Below are positions 44,213 to 53,839 of a stretch of DNA of 64,000 nt, piece by piece. This DNA comes from a virus. The notes below the pieces were generated by a model. It saw only the letters and a program-made list of their open reading frames with translations. It had not been told where the DNA came from and searched no databases. Both the position numbers and the translations under genes were made by a program. The stretch lies in the IMG/VR virus record IMGVR_UViG_3300031784_000026, positions 3,012-67,011 of that record. One strand, given 5' to 3'. How positions within the stretch are numbered: the stretch's first letter is position 1; each line of letters starts with the position of its first letter.

Positions 44213-47200
44213 GTTCTCGGCCCATAGTCACGGCCTGTTCTGCTAGACGAACCTTTTCTTCCCTCAACATATTGATCCGTTGAACTTTGTCTTCAGCGGA
44301 AATGTTTTGATTGAGACGAACCTTATCCATAGCGTCGTTAAGATCACCGATTCTATTTTGAACACGATTGAGCATTGGCTTCAAGGTCATAGCTTGTGGG
44401 TTAGCCTCAAGCTTTTCCAACAAAGCATCAATGTCCCCAGTATCCTGAGCCTTCTTAATGGAGCTGGTGATCTCTGTTACATCCTTCACCATTGTGTAGA
44501 AGTCTTTGACGTACTTGTTTGTAAGTTGCTCAGGAGATTTCACAAAGCGAGCAAGGCCTACAGCATTGGCACCGATAGAAACAGGATTTGTCGGATCTCC
44601 AAAATACCCCTGCGGACGAGTACCGGCTGATGCAAGAAACCCGTCAACGATAGAAGTAAAGGTTGTTGCTAGTGTGCCAAGATATCCACGCAAGAGAACA
44701 TCAACTTGCTTTGGAGAAAGGTTAGCCTCGCCGGTATACTTACCAATAAGCTTTGCGACTTCGGACGTGAGTTCATCTGCACGTTCTCCTGACGGCAACC
44801 GCTTGTCAGCAAGGGTTTCAATATCTCTGCCTGTAAACATATCCCTGTTAAAGTACAGCTCAACAAGAGGCTTTGCAAACTGCGGGATTGGATTGAAGAA
44901 GAAGGTGCCCATTGCAATTTGACCGAGGCCATCTGCAAGTTCAGACCCATCTTGTTGACGAATAGCATCCAACACTAGAGCAGGAATAGCACCGAACGCC
45001 GATCCCAATTCAAAGACTCGAGGCAACGCAACAACTGTATCCCCAGCCTTGAGATAATTGTTTGCGATCTTGTCTCTAACAGAAAGATTTTTATACCACT
45101 CGTCATCGCCGTAGATGGCGTTGAGACCCAACTCGATTGCGGCCAACATTAAACCGCGATTAACGATTGCAAGAGGGAGACCGATAGAACCCTTTTGGAA
45201 AAGAGTCTTTCCCCCACCTGCCGTACCTGCTTCCATCAAGCGGTAAAGGCTTTGCACTCGGGCATTCAAGAAAGGAATCATAGGAATAAGAACAGCAAGG
45301 GCGCTGCCCGTTATACCTTTGCCCGTGCCGGATCGACTGAAGTTTGTAAGGTTCACCGCTTCCCAAGCAGCTTCTTCTGGGTTCATCTTTTTCTTTTCGA
45401 CAAGCCACTTATAGTAAGCAATACGTGGACCCATTTCAGAGGCATCGCCGATATTCTCAAGTTTACCGAGCAGGTTCATGCCCTGTTGCCATGCGGTGGC
45501 ACTTCCTTCTTTCGTAGCAAATGCAGCACGCAAAGCTTCGGCCTGACTCTGTGCTGATGCACCATAGCGAAACCCACCAAAGCCTGTCTTAGCCTGAATG
45601 GCTTGAGCAGAGGCACCCCTCTTGTATGCTTCTTTGATGCCTTTAAACGTACCGACAACAAGATCTGTCAGTGGCATACCTGTCTTCAAGTAGACGTCAA
45701 GCACGCCGCGATACAAGTTTGCAATCTGAAACGCCGGTGCAGTAGTGACACCCGTCCGAAGTACGTTAGCAAACTTAGATGCGGCTGACACAAAGCCATC
45801 CAATTGCTTTGGCGAGAACGCCGCAAGCGACTGAAACATTGCCGGATCGTTGATCTGAAGGTGCTTGTCGCCACCAGCCACACGATAGGTGATAGAGTTA
45901 TTGTCTGGCTTGCCAACGACCTGAGCGATTGATGGATCATCAAGATCGATCAAAGCCTTCGCAGCATTGCTGTACGCAATATTCTTAAGACCTGCCGTAA
46001 CAATTGAAGAGTAGTTACGAAATGTATTTTCGTAGAAATTAGCGTCGATCTGCCCACCTGCCGTAACCTTCTGGTTAAACAACGTGACGGCACTTGGATT
46101 TTTAAGAGCTGCACCAACAGGACCGGCAACGGTCAGATTACCGTTGTTCTCTATCTCGGTATCCTGAATACGATAGAACGGGGTATAGAACATCGACATG
46201 AGATTATCCCCCAACTCCTGCGGGATAACACCAGTGTCAACTGAGAACTGAACCATCTCTTTGTTGAACTCATAGAGGTCCTGACCAACCTTCTTAATGT
46301 GCTCAGGTGTGGCCTCTACAATCTTCTTGAGTTGCTCATTGGTAAACGGCTTCATTGTATTAGGATCAATCTTGCCTGTCTTAGGATCGATTGTTCCTGT
46401 GCTCGGATCCTTGTATCCAATACCCGTACGACCACGGGCACGGAGATCAAGCTCACGTTTCGCAATCATATACAGCTGAAGAGCAGCCTCGCCTTTCAGC
46501 CCGGCAGGAGCGAAGAGTTTCTTAAGACCACCAATGTCTCGATTACCAATCTTAGAACGAAACTCAAGTTGCTTCGTCTTTGGATCGTAGACAAGATGAC
46601 CTGACTCAATCAATCCTGTCATACGACCTTGGGCATTTTGCATACGCTCAAGTGTACGACCAACCTCGCGCAAATCCGCTCTCTCAAGGAACGGAACCTG
46701 AGACGCCACGTTGTTTCTGATGAAGGCAGAAGCCAGAGATTCGTTACCAACCCTACCAAACAAATTGCTTACTAGGTTAGACCAGAACCCGACAGGTTTT
46801 TTAGCGGCCACAAAGTAGGCCATCTTCTGGACTTCTGGTGGAATGTTGGGATCAAGAAGAGCGGGGTTGTTATCTGTCTCTTGAATATCTGCCTGAGTCA
46901 GCGGGTGCTCTTTGCTGATTAGGCGGTCGCCCATGCTCGTATAGCCGGGGCGTGCTTCTTCACGCACAGTCGCTTCACGCATGACGTTTTCAACAACACC
47001 CTTGCGTCTACGGGCATCCGTAACCTTTGTATCCAAAGGAACACCGGCTGCACGAGCAGCAGCCTCGGCTTCAGCCTCTGTTTGAGCAGCCTTACCAGCC
47101 ACATCAATCGGCGTAGTTTCCTTGCGACCATACAGTTCGGAAAGCAGTTGTTCAAAAGCACCTTGGTCTGGCGTGATGCCAAGATACTTAGAGATCTCGT

Positions 47201-49538
47201 AATAGATCTTACGAAGACCATCGTAGAAGTTTTTAAATGCTTTTTGCAACGCCGTGCGTGGAACACGGTCGCTATTCATGTACCAGTTAGCACCCTTCTC
47301 CGCGATCCACTCAGAGAACCCCAAGTGATACCTCGGACGAAACTGAGCCTTGGCCTCACCTTTAAGAACAATCCTCCCTTTTGGTGTCTTCTCAACTTTA
47401 CCCTTCAAAGCTGCTGCGATCTCGGCTTGATCGGCAGAAGATTTAAATTTCTGCTGTTCAATAACCTTAAAGATCTCATACGAAGCCATGCGACGCATCG
47501 CATCTGGATACGTCTCGCGAACATACTGATCGATGATCGCACGAAGTTGATCCTTAGGAATACTGGAGAACCACGTAAACTCAAACACGTGAGCAAACTC
47601 GTGGAACAGTGTACGAAGAGCACTCTCCGGAGAATATGCTGCATCAGTGTTCACGTTAATCGTGATTTCACCCTGCAACAGTTTTCCGTAGTTCATGCTT
47701 CCAAAAGTACGGCTACCAGATGACGTCTTTCCTTTGGCCGACCGAAGATTCATCTTTATGCCGGGGAAAAACTTCAAGTGAATATCACGAGCAAGATCGA
47801 CGATTCCCGGCGCGTAATCCTCTAACGCCTTGTTCGAAGCATCTGTAACATTGAAGGGACTCTTATCGACAATGTCTTTGAGCTTAGCCTGTTCGGCAGG
47901 ATCTGTTGTGTTGACATCGATCCCGCCGATAGTCTCGCGTGGCTCAACAGGAAATGTAACTACAGACGCATCCTCACTAAAGCGAGGCACCGTAATTGAT
48001 TCCTCTGGCGCATGTCCTTTACCGTAGGCCTGCTTGCGATCCTCGAGATGCTTGTCGATCTTTGCAGAAACCTCGCGGCTCTTAAGATCAATCTCGTCCT
48101 CGGACATACCAAGGCCCTTACTCAAGTAGTCCTTGGCAAGGACTGAGTACCTTGGATCTTTAGCAAACGCATACAGAGATTTGTCCACAATGCTCGTGAA
48201 CTTTATCGGTAACTTTTTGCCCTCATCTGTTAAATAGTCCTGACCCTTATCAATAAGATCTTTATCAACTGCTGGATCTGTTACGTAAGACGCAACAGCG
48301 GTCGGCTCTGATTTTGTGAAATTAAATGTTTGAGGTACATCAACAAACTTGATTGCCGCTTCGGGCTTTGCCTTTAACAGATCCTTTGGATTGGCAAAAA
48401 ACGCAGTGGCTCCGGTGCTTCCCTCTGTAACATCGGGATCGAAGTACATACGAGTCTCGCCATTCTTAGGAGGCGGAAGTTTAGTTGCAGGTTCAGCAAC
48501 CTGATACTCCATAGGAGCTTCGTTAAAAGCTTCCAACGGTTTAGCATTTTGTTGAAGCCATTCATTTCCTTGCGAAGGAACGGCAACAGGTTCACCGGGC
48601 GGTGTGACAGTGGGTTCAACAGGGGCACCCGGCTCCGCAGGTTGTGCCGCCGTTGGTTCCGTTGGAGTTGTTGGTTCCACAGTAGGTTGCCTGCTGACAG
48701 CACCAGTGACCGCACCAAGACCACCACCAAGAAGACCGCCCGCCACAGCGCTTTCAACAAGTTCTTGGCGAACCTCCGGACTGAAGTCCGTAAGCTTTTC
48801 AGGATTAGCCTGAAGAATTTCCAAAGCCTGTTGTGCAGTCTCAGTCAAACCTTCAACTGCACCACCCTCAAGGGCTTTCAATGTAGACCGACGAACCAAG
48901 CTTCCTGTTGCGGCCTTGCCAATAAACGGAATGTACCTACCGATCAAAGCATCAAACGCGGCTTGTGGTACGGCAGTCGCGGCAGCACGACCAATAGAAA
49001 CATCCTGTAAAGGTGCTCCTTCTTGAACCTGCCGCTGGATGTTTGTTGCTGTGAACACGGGAAAGCTAAGAGCACTGGCTCCTGCTGCCGCGCCAATAGG
49101 ACCACCAATAATGCCGCCACCAATACCGCCAATGACAGAGGGCAGAGCATAGGGGACACTCTCTGCACCGACCTCGTACGCATAGCGTGCAAGACGAGAT
49201 GGACTCATACCAATCTCAGCGGCTGTAGGAACTTCTCTACGATACCGTTGAGCAATATCTTCTTGCCGTTGCTGAGCTTCTTTAAGATTTTCTTTTGCTG
49301 CTTCTTCATAACCAAGTTGAGATTGCAGTGCAGCAATACCGGTTTGAGCCGCTGACTTTAGACCAGCAGTACCCGCCTCAAAGGGGGTTGCCCTTTGTCC
49401 TTTGCCGGTTACGGTAAGCCAAAAGTCAAACTTATCTTTTCCCTCACCGTATTCTTTGTAAAGAATAGCGGCTAGTTCAGGATCGGAATAGTTTTGATAC
49501 TCTGGAAACGCTTGGCGGTATTCGTCAAGAGTAGACAT
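44202..49538 (-). CDS. Large internal virion/ejection protein (HExxH motif, LPD38-like C-terminus)
   Basis: 1778 aa; EGLTETAQQ, TLFHEFAHVF, C-terminal LPRVFELG...PLVE...NRDMFTGRDI...SPKQVD. Confidence 0.75.
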   Translation of the reverse strand: MSTLDEYRQAFPEYQNYSDPELAAILYKEYGEGKDKFDFWLTVTGKGQRATPFEAGTAGLKSAAQTGIAALQSQLGYEEAAKENLKEAQQRQEDIAQRYRREVPTAAEIGMSPSRLARYAYEVGAESVPYALPSVIGGIGGGIIGGPIGAAAGASALSFPVFTATNIQRQVQEGAPLQDVSIGRAAATAVPQAAFDALIGRYIPFIGKAATGSLVRRSTLKALEGGAVEGLTETAQQALEILQANPEKLTDFSPEVRQELVESAVAGGLLGGGLGAVTGAVSRQPTVEPTTPTEPTAAQPAEPGAPVEPTVTPPGEPVAVPSQGNEWLQQNAKPLEAFNEAPMEYQVAEPATKLPPPKNGETRMYFDPDVTEGSTGATAFFANPKDLLKAKPEAAIKFVDVPQTFNFTKSEPTAVASYVTDPAVDKDLIDKGQDYLTDEGKKLPIKFTSIVDKSLYAFAKDPRYSVLAKDYLSKGLGMSEDEIDLKSREVSAKIDKHLEDRKQAYGKGHAPEESITVPRFSEDASVVTFPVEPRETIGGIDVNTTDPAEQAKLKDIVDKSPFNVTDASNKALEDYAPGIVDLARDIHLKFFPGIKMNLRSAKGKTSSGSRTFGSMNYGKLLQGEITINVNTDAAYSPESALRTLFHEFAHVFEFTWFSSIPKDQLRAIIDQYVRETYPDAMRRMASYEIFKVIEQQKFKSSADQAEIAAALKGKVEKTPKGRIVLKGEAKAQFRPRYHLGFSEWIAEKGANWYMNSDRVPRTALQKAFKNFYDGLRKIYYEISKYLGITPDQGAFEQLLSELYGRKETTPIDVAGKAAQTEAEAEAAARAAGVPLDTKVTDARRRKGVVENVMREATVREEARPGYTSMGDRLISKEHPLTQADIQETDNNPALLDPNIPPEVQKMAYFVAAKKPVGFWSNLVSNLFGRVGNESLASAFIRNNVASQVPFLERADLREVGRTLERMQNAQGRMTGLIESGHLVYDPKTKQLEFRSKIGNRDIGGLKKLFAPAGLKGEAALQLYMIAKRELDLRARGRTGIGYKDPSTGTIDPKTGKIDPNTMKPFTNEQLKKIVEATPEHIKKVGQDLYEFNKEMVQFSVDTGVIPQELGDNLMSMFYTPFYRIQDTEIENNGNLTVAGPVGAALKNPSAVTLFNQKVTAGGQIDANFYENTFRNYSSIVTAGLKNIAYSNAAKALIDLDDPSIAQVVGKPDNNSITYRVAGGDKHLQINDPAMFQSLAAFSPKQLDGFVSAASKFANVLRTGVTTAPAFQIANLYRGVLDVYLKTGMPLTDLVVGTFKGIKEAYKRGASAQAIQAKTGFGGFRYGASAQSQAEALRAAFATKEGSATAWQQGMNLLGKLENIGDASEMGPRIAYYKWLVEKKKMNPEEAAWEAVNLTNFSRSGTGKGITGSALAVLIPMIPFLNARVQSLYRLMEAGTAGGGKTLFQKGSIGLPLAIVNRGLMLAAIELGLNAIYGDDEWYKNLSVRDKIANNYLKAGDTVVALPRVFELGSAFGAIPALVLDAIRQQDGSELADGLGQIAMGTFFFNPIPQFAKPLVELYFNRDMFTGRDIETLADKRLPSGERADELTSEVAKLIGKYTGEANLSPKQVDVLLRGYLGTLATTFTSIVDGFLASAGTRPQGYFGDPTNPVSIGANAVGLARFVKSPEQLTNKYVKDFYTMVKDVTEITSSIKKAQDTGDIDALLEKLEANPQAMTLKPMLNRVQNRIGDLNDAMDKVRLNQNISAEDKVQRINMLREEKVRLAEQAVTMGRELGL

Positions 49539-49549
49539 TTAATTATCCG

Positions 49550-51199
49550 TTACTGAAACTGTTCAAAATCTTTAGTCAACTCAGGATCAGGGGAAGCATT
49601 TCTTGCTATAGAGACTTGAGTTTTAAACTGATCTGTAAAGTCTTGAAGCTGATCATTAATGAACAACTTCTTTCGAGCATTAAATGCTGCGGGATCTTTG
49701 CTTTGTAACATAGATAGGGTTGGGTCGTTTTTAACGGTATCGATCCACTTACCTTCCGCTTTACTACGTGCATTGCTGAGTGCTTCAAGATAGTCTTGTT
49801 GAAGTTTTGCAGCAGCGATACCGGCAGCTTTTTCACGGCTACCGTAATACTTTTCCATCATGCTCAGCTTACGGTCTTCAATATCACGCGCACGAGCTTG
49901 CCCCAGTTGAGATGCATATGCTTGCAGTCCAGCAATACCACCCTCACCAATGTTGGCAAGAGCGTTAGAACTTTTGCCTGCCATCATTGCAAGACCGGCT
50001 TGCATCAATGCCATGTTAAATGCGTCTTCGCGATCACGTTTAATATCAGTCATTGACGTCGAATAGTCTCTCTCCGAAGAAGCGGCTCTAGTGACTGCGG
50101 GTGTTGGTGCTTTTGCGCCGTACTGTAAATTACCTTCTACACGAGACGCAGCAACTTTGTCTTCCGCAGATTGAGTTGCTGGAAGACTCGTCAGTCCCAT
50201 ACCACTCGTTGTGGCAGCGCCGGAGAGAGGACCACCTTGATACTCTGACCGAGTAGGAACGGATCCGCCAACATCGGCCACAGCTTTTCTAACGGCGGCT
50301 TCTTGCTGCGCCTGTGCGCGAGCAACTTCTTCGCGCGTTGAGGACTCAAACACTCCCGGAACAGGGTTTTCTTCTCTTGCACGACGTGCGGCACGACGTT
50401 GTTCTTCAATGTCAGCAAGCCTGCGCTCGTACATCCGCTGTTCAACATCTGGTCGCGGAGCAGTTTCTTCCTGTTCTTTAAGTGTTTTAATTGTCTGTTC
50501 GATCTCAGACTTACTTGGGGGGTTGTCCAAAAGATCGCGGATACCACGAGTAAGTCTTGAGCCACCATCGGTATAGCGAGCCTGCTGTTCGTCAAAAATC
50601 TTTTGGGCCGCTTCCGGACCATAGCGATTCTTAAGTTCTTCAAGGGCAGCACGTTCTTCGTCAGACAATGGCTCGGCCATAAATTCCGGGCGAACATAGT
50701 TTGTCTGGAACTCATCGACAATTGCGGGTTGATCTTCACGACCAATGCGAAGTCCAACGTCAGGAAGTGAATACTTTGCTTTAGGTCCAACAGCCATTGT
50801 CTGCGGGCCATCGGGATACATGAAACGGCTGATGCGCTCAAACACCCCGGGTGATTCAATGGTCGGCTTGATCTTGTCGGCAGGATCTCCGCCCTCTGCC
50901 ATGCCGATTGGACGCATGCCCATGTTCGCCATCTGCTGCATACGCATGGCAGTGTCGGCAGTCTGTTGTTGTGCAGGCATGTTGACAGCAACCGGACGGA
51001 ATACGCCCGGGCGATCTTGTTCCTTGAGCGTTTGATAGTTTGCGGGGTCAAACTTTTCTTTTGCTGCCGCCATCATCGCAAGCGCCTGCTCACGACGAGC
51101 AACCACTGCCGGATCTTCAGACTCGCGAAGATCTTCTACGCCCTTCGACTTAGACTTCGGGCGAAACATCTCACGATCAAGAACGGGATCATATGCCAT
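49550..51199 (-). CDS. Internal virion (ejection) protein
   Basis: VLDREMF N-terminus, ALMQAGLAMMAG, location. Confidence 0.6.
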   Translation of the reverse strand: MAYDPVLDREMFRPKSKSKGVEDLRESEDPAVVARREQALAMMAAAKEKFDPANYQTLKEQDRPGVFRPVAVNMPAQQQTADTAMRMQQMANMGMRPIGMAEGGDPADKIKPTIESPGVFERISRFMYPDGPQTMAVGPKAKYSLPDVGLRIGREDQPAIVDEFQTNYVRPEFMAEPLSDEERAALEELKNRYGPEAAQKIFDEQQARYTDGGSRLTRGIRDLLDNPPSKSEIEQTIKTLKEQEETAPRPDVEQRMYERRLADIEEQRRAARRAREENPVPGVFESSTREEVARAQAQQEAAVRKAVADVGGSVPTRSEYQGGPLSGAATTSGMGLTSLPATQSAEDKVAASRVEGNLQYGAKAPTPAVTRAASSERDYSTSMTDIKRDREDAFNMALMQAGLAMMAGKSSNALANIGEGGIAGLQAYASQLGQARARDIEDRKLSMMEKYYGSREKAAGIAAAKLQQDYLEALSNARSKAEGKWIDTVKNDPTLSMLQSKDPAAFNARKKLFINDQLQDFTDQFKTQVSIARNASPDPELTKDFEQFQ

Positions 51200-52107
51200 T
51201 ACACAACTCCGAATGCGTTCTTGCCCATGTTGTATGCGCCAAGACCGGCGATACCGAGGCCAGCAATCTGCGAGAACGGGCTAGGTGTAGGCTGCGTTGT
51301 CGCTGTCATACCCATCTGGCCTGACGGCGTCTTGTTCAAGATATCAGCATAGTAAGACAAACGCTGATACGGCTCTGCATTCATCATTGCTTGGTTCATG
51401 CGTTGAGCGTCAAGCAGCTTCTGCTGCTGGCCCTGCATGTTAGCGCCCATGTTATACAAGAATGAAACATCACCTTGGCCAAGGGCAGAGGTCTGCTGAC
51501 CGAGACCAGCGATCCCCTGACCAACTGTTGCAAGAGACTGACCTGCCGCCTGCATACGAGCCTGCTGATTTTGGAATGCGTTCATCGCGGCTTGTTGTGC
51601 TTGGCTGTAGTTCTGCGCGTAGTCTTGCATGATACGTGCTGATTGAACGTCAGCAAGATTGCGACCGAGTTCCGCTTGCTGAATGCCATAGCGAGATCCG
51701 CCAAATGCGCCTGCTCTTGTCGCACCGGCAGCAACGCCTTGCCGCTGTATGTCAGCCTGACGGTTCATCTCCTGCAAGGCTTTCTGTGTCACAGCCTCTT
51801 GATACGGATTCATGTACGCTGCGGCAGCATTTGGATCGTAGGCTTGAGCGCCACCAGCAATCATACCCGCGCCTTGGCCCATCAAGCCACTGGCCTGTTG
51901 CAAGAAAGGTTGATACGCGCCAATGCCTTGTGATGCCAACTGAGAAGCACGTTCTTGCTGACCAGAAAGACCTGCCACCTGATACTCAGGAAGTTGCGCC
52001 GGAGCCTTGCCGGTAACGCCTTTCACGTCCTCAATGAGGGCGCGGCGATACGCTTCCATCCAATCTGGTTCGCGTTGAACATAGGTTTGTGTCGTCGTAT
52101 CAGCCAT
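51199..52107 (-). CDS. DNA transfer/pilot-like protein
   Basis: Gln/Ala-rich; YMNPYQ, AGAFGGSR, C-terminal hydrophobic segment. Confidence 0.7.
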   Translation of the reverse strand: MADTTTQTYVQREPDWMEAYRRALIEDVKGVTGKAPAQLPEYQVAGLSGQQERASQLASQGIGAYQPFLQQASGLMGQGAGMIAGGAQAYDPNAAAAYMNPYQEAVTQKALQEMNRQADIQRQGVAAGATRAGAFGGSRYGIQQAELGRNLADVQSARIMQDYAQNYSQAQQAAMNAFQNQQARMQAAGQSLATVGQGIAGLGQQTSALGQGDVSFLYNMGANMQGQQQKLLDAQRMNQAMMNAEPYQRLSYYADILNKTPSGQMGMTATTQPTPSPFSQIAGLGIAGLGAYNMGKNAFGVV

Positions 52108-52109
52108 TG

Positions 52110-53456
52110 TTAGGCCCTCTTTTCAAACTGGTGCATAAGAGCATACATCTTCTTTGCACCCGCCTTACGGCTGCCATTACCTGCGCCACGAACAGCCTTT
52201 GCTGTCATGACAAACTCACCGTCGCTCAAACGAGCTGGAATGCTATCGCTTGTTCCTGTACCCGGGCCCTCAAGGTGCCCACCCATGCGAGCATCCATCT
52301 CACCACCGTGCGCTGCATACATCGTCGGAACAAAGTTGACTCGTGAGGCAACACCAGACGTGAACGCATTAGGTGCAAATCGATTAGCCCGGATCTGTTC
52401 TGCTGTAGCCCCCGGAGGAAGCGACGGTGCTTCACCTTGTTCTGGCTGCATGGCAGAGGCTATTGCTGCGCCCCCGAGACCTGCAATTCCAGCAGTGATG
52501 TAGGGGCTGTCTCGAACAAACTTATCTACGCCCGCAAACATACTGGGGGTTGAAGACGCAGTTGTTATTGGAGCTGCCGTCTCTCTTGCTACCTTGATGG
52601 CATCCGTGGGTGTTGTTGTCGGCAAAGGCGTATATGCGGACGACTGATTGGCATAAAGATTTGAAGAAGCGCCCGGAAGACCACCTTGGACGCCTGCCAT
52701 AAAGCCCTTGCCGCTCATCGCGCCTTGTACCCCGCTGAATACAGCACCGGTCGCGCCGCCGATCAAAGCGGACTGAAGTGCTTCGCCGGGCGATGCGCCG
52801 TTGATCATTGCACCAATACCAGACCCAATTGCACCCGATGCAATGGCCCCAAGGCCGGGAACCAAGAAGTTTAATGCCACCGGCAGGACAACGGGAGCAG
52901 CCTTCTTCAAGAAGTTACCGATGTCATCAAAGAACCCATACTCCGGCAGGCCGGTCTTGGGGTTCATGCCGCCGCCACGAGTCGCCTGAAGCATAGCTGC
53001 TTCACGAGGATTGATGTGAGCGAGGATCTTGTCACTGCCTGTGCCAGCCTTTTGAACGGCTTTGGCTTTCTTTCGCAATGCAGCAATCCCGCCCTTGGCG
53101 AACTGCTCTCTGCCGCCTGAGAGGGCCTGATCGACCATCTTCTCAAGGATCTCAAAGAACGACGGAACGTAGTCAGGTGGCAGATCGCCTGCCTCAATGA
53201 CACCCTTGTCAACGAGCATTCTGACAGCGTCGTCGTAACGATCTTGATTCTTCTTCAGGAACTGAATGATTTGCTGGAGGATCTGAAGTTTGTCAGGGGA
53301 CAATTCTGACAGATCATCTTGAAGTTCTTGCAGGCTATTGATCTCTGCCGGAGACAAGCTATTGAAGCCCCCGCTCAAGGCGTTGACTGCATCCGGAGAA
53401 GCGCCCTCCGCTTGTTGCGGCTGCGCCGTGTTAAGACCCATTATTCCCTGCACCAT
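52110..53456 (-). CDS. Internal virion protein
   Basis: LAHINPREA, NPKTGLPEYGFF, GPGTGTSDSIPARLSDGEFVMTAKAV. Confidence 0.7.
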   Translation of the reverse strand: MVQGIMGLNTAQPQQAEGASPDAVNALSGGFNSLSPAEINSLQELQDDLSELSPDKLQILQQIIQFLKKNQDRYDDAVRMLVDKGVIEAGDLPPDYVPSFFEILEKMVDQALSGGREQFAKGGIAALRKKAKAVQKAGTGSDKILAHINPREAAMLQATRGGGMNPKTGLPEYGFFDDIGNFLKKAAPVVLPVALNFLVPGLGAIASGAIGSGIGAMINGASPGEALQSALIGGATGAVFSGVQGAMSGKGFMAGVQGGLPGASSNLYANQSSAYTPLPTTTPTDAIKVARETAAPITTASSTPSMFAGVDKFVRDSPYITAGIAGLGGAAIASAMQPEQGEAPSLPPGATAEQIRANRFAPNAFTSGVASRVNFVPTMYAAHGGEMDARMGGHLEGPGTGTSDSIPARLSDGEFVMTAKAVRGAGNGSRKAGAKKMYALMHQFEKRA

Positions 53457-53545
53457 AGCTCACCTATAATGTATATGCTGTGGCAGGGGCCGAACCTGTT
53501 ATAAGGCCCATCCACAATACATTTTTAAGCCTCGGAAGACAAGTA

Positions 53546-53839
53546 TTAGACTGTCACCGAAACCGTTCCAACTCCACCTGTTGCAGACAAGCCCAAGACA
53601 TAAGGCTTATCCTGCAACGAGATACGCACTGCACCGTCAACCTGAAACAAAGATCCCGGCTCAAGGCCGTAGTCGGTTGTTGGCAAATCCGTCAACACCA
53701 TCGTCGTTTGACGACCTTCACCGGGGTTCCTAATCAAGGTTGTCAGGATGTTGAGCATCCTGACCACGTCGTCCATGTATTGCGGGCTGTAGGCATCGGG
53801 CGACCGACCGAATACCGGAAGCGAAAGCCTGCGATCCAT
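53546..53839 (-). CDS. Small tail protein
   Basis: Coupled to the upstream tail gene. Confidence 0.6.
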   Translation of the reverse strand: MDRRLSLPVFGRSPDAYSPQYMDDVVRMLNILTTLIRNPGEGRQTTMVLTDLPTTDYGLEPGSLFQVDGAVRISLQDKPYVLGLSATGGVGTVSVTV

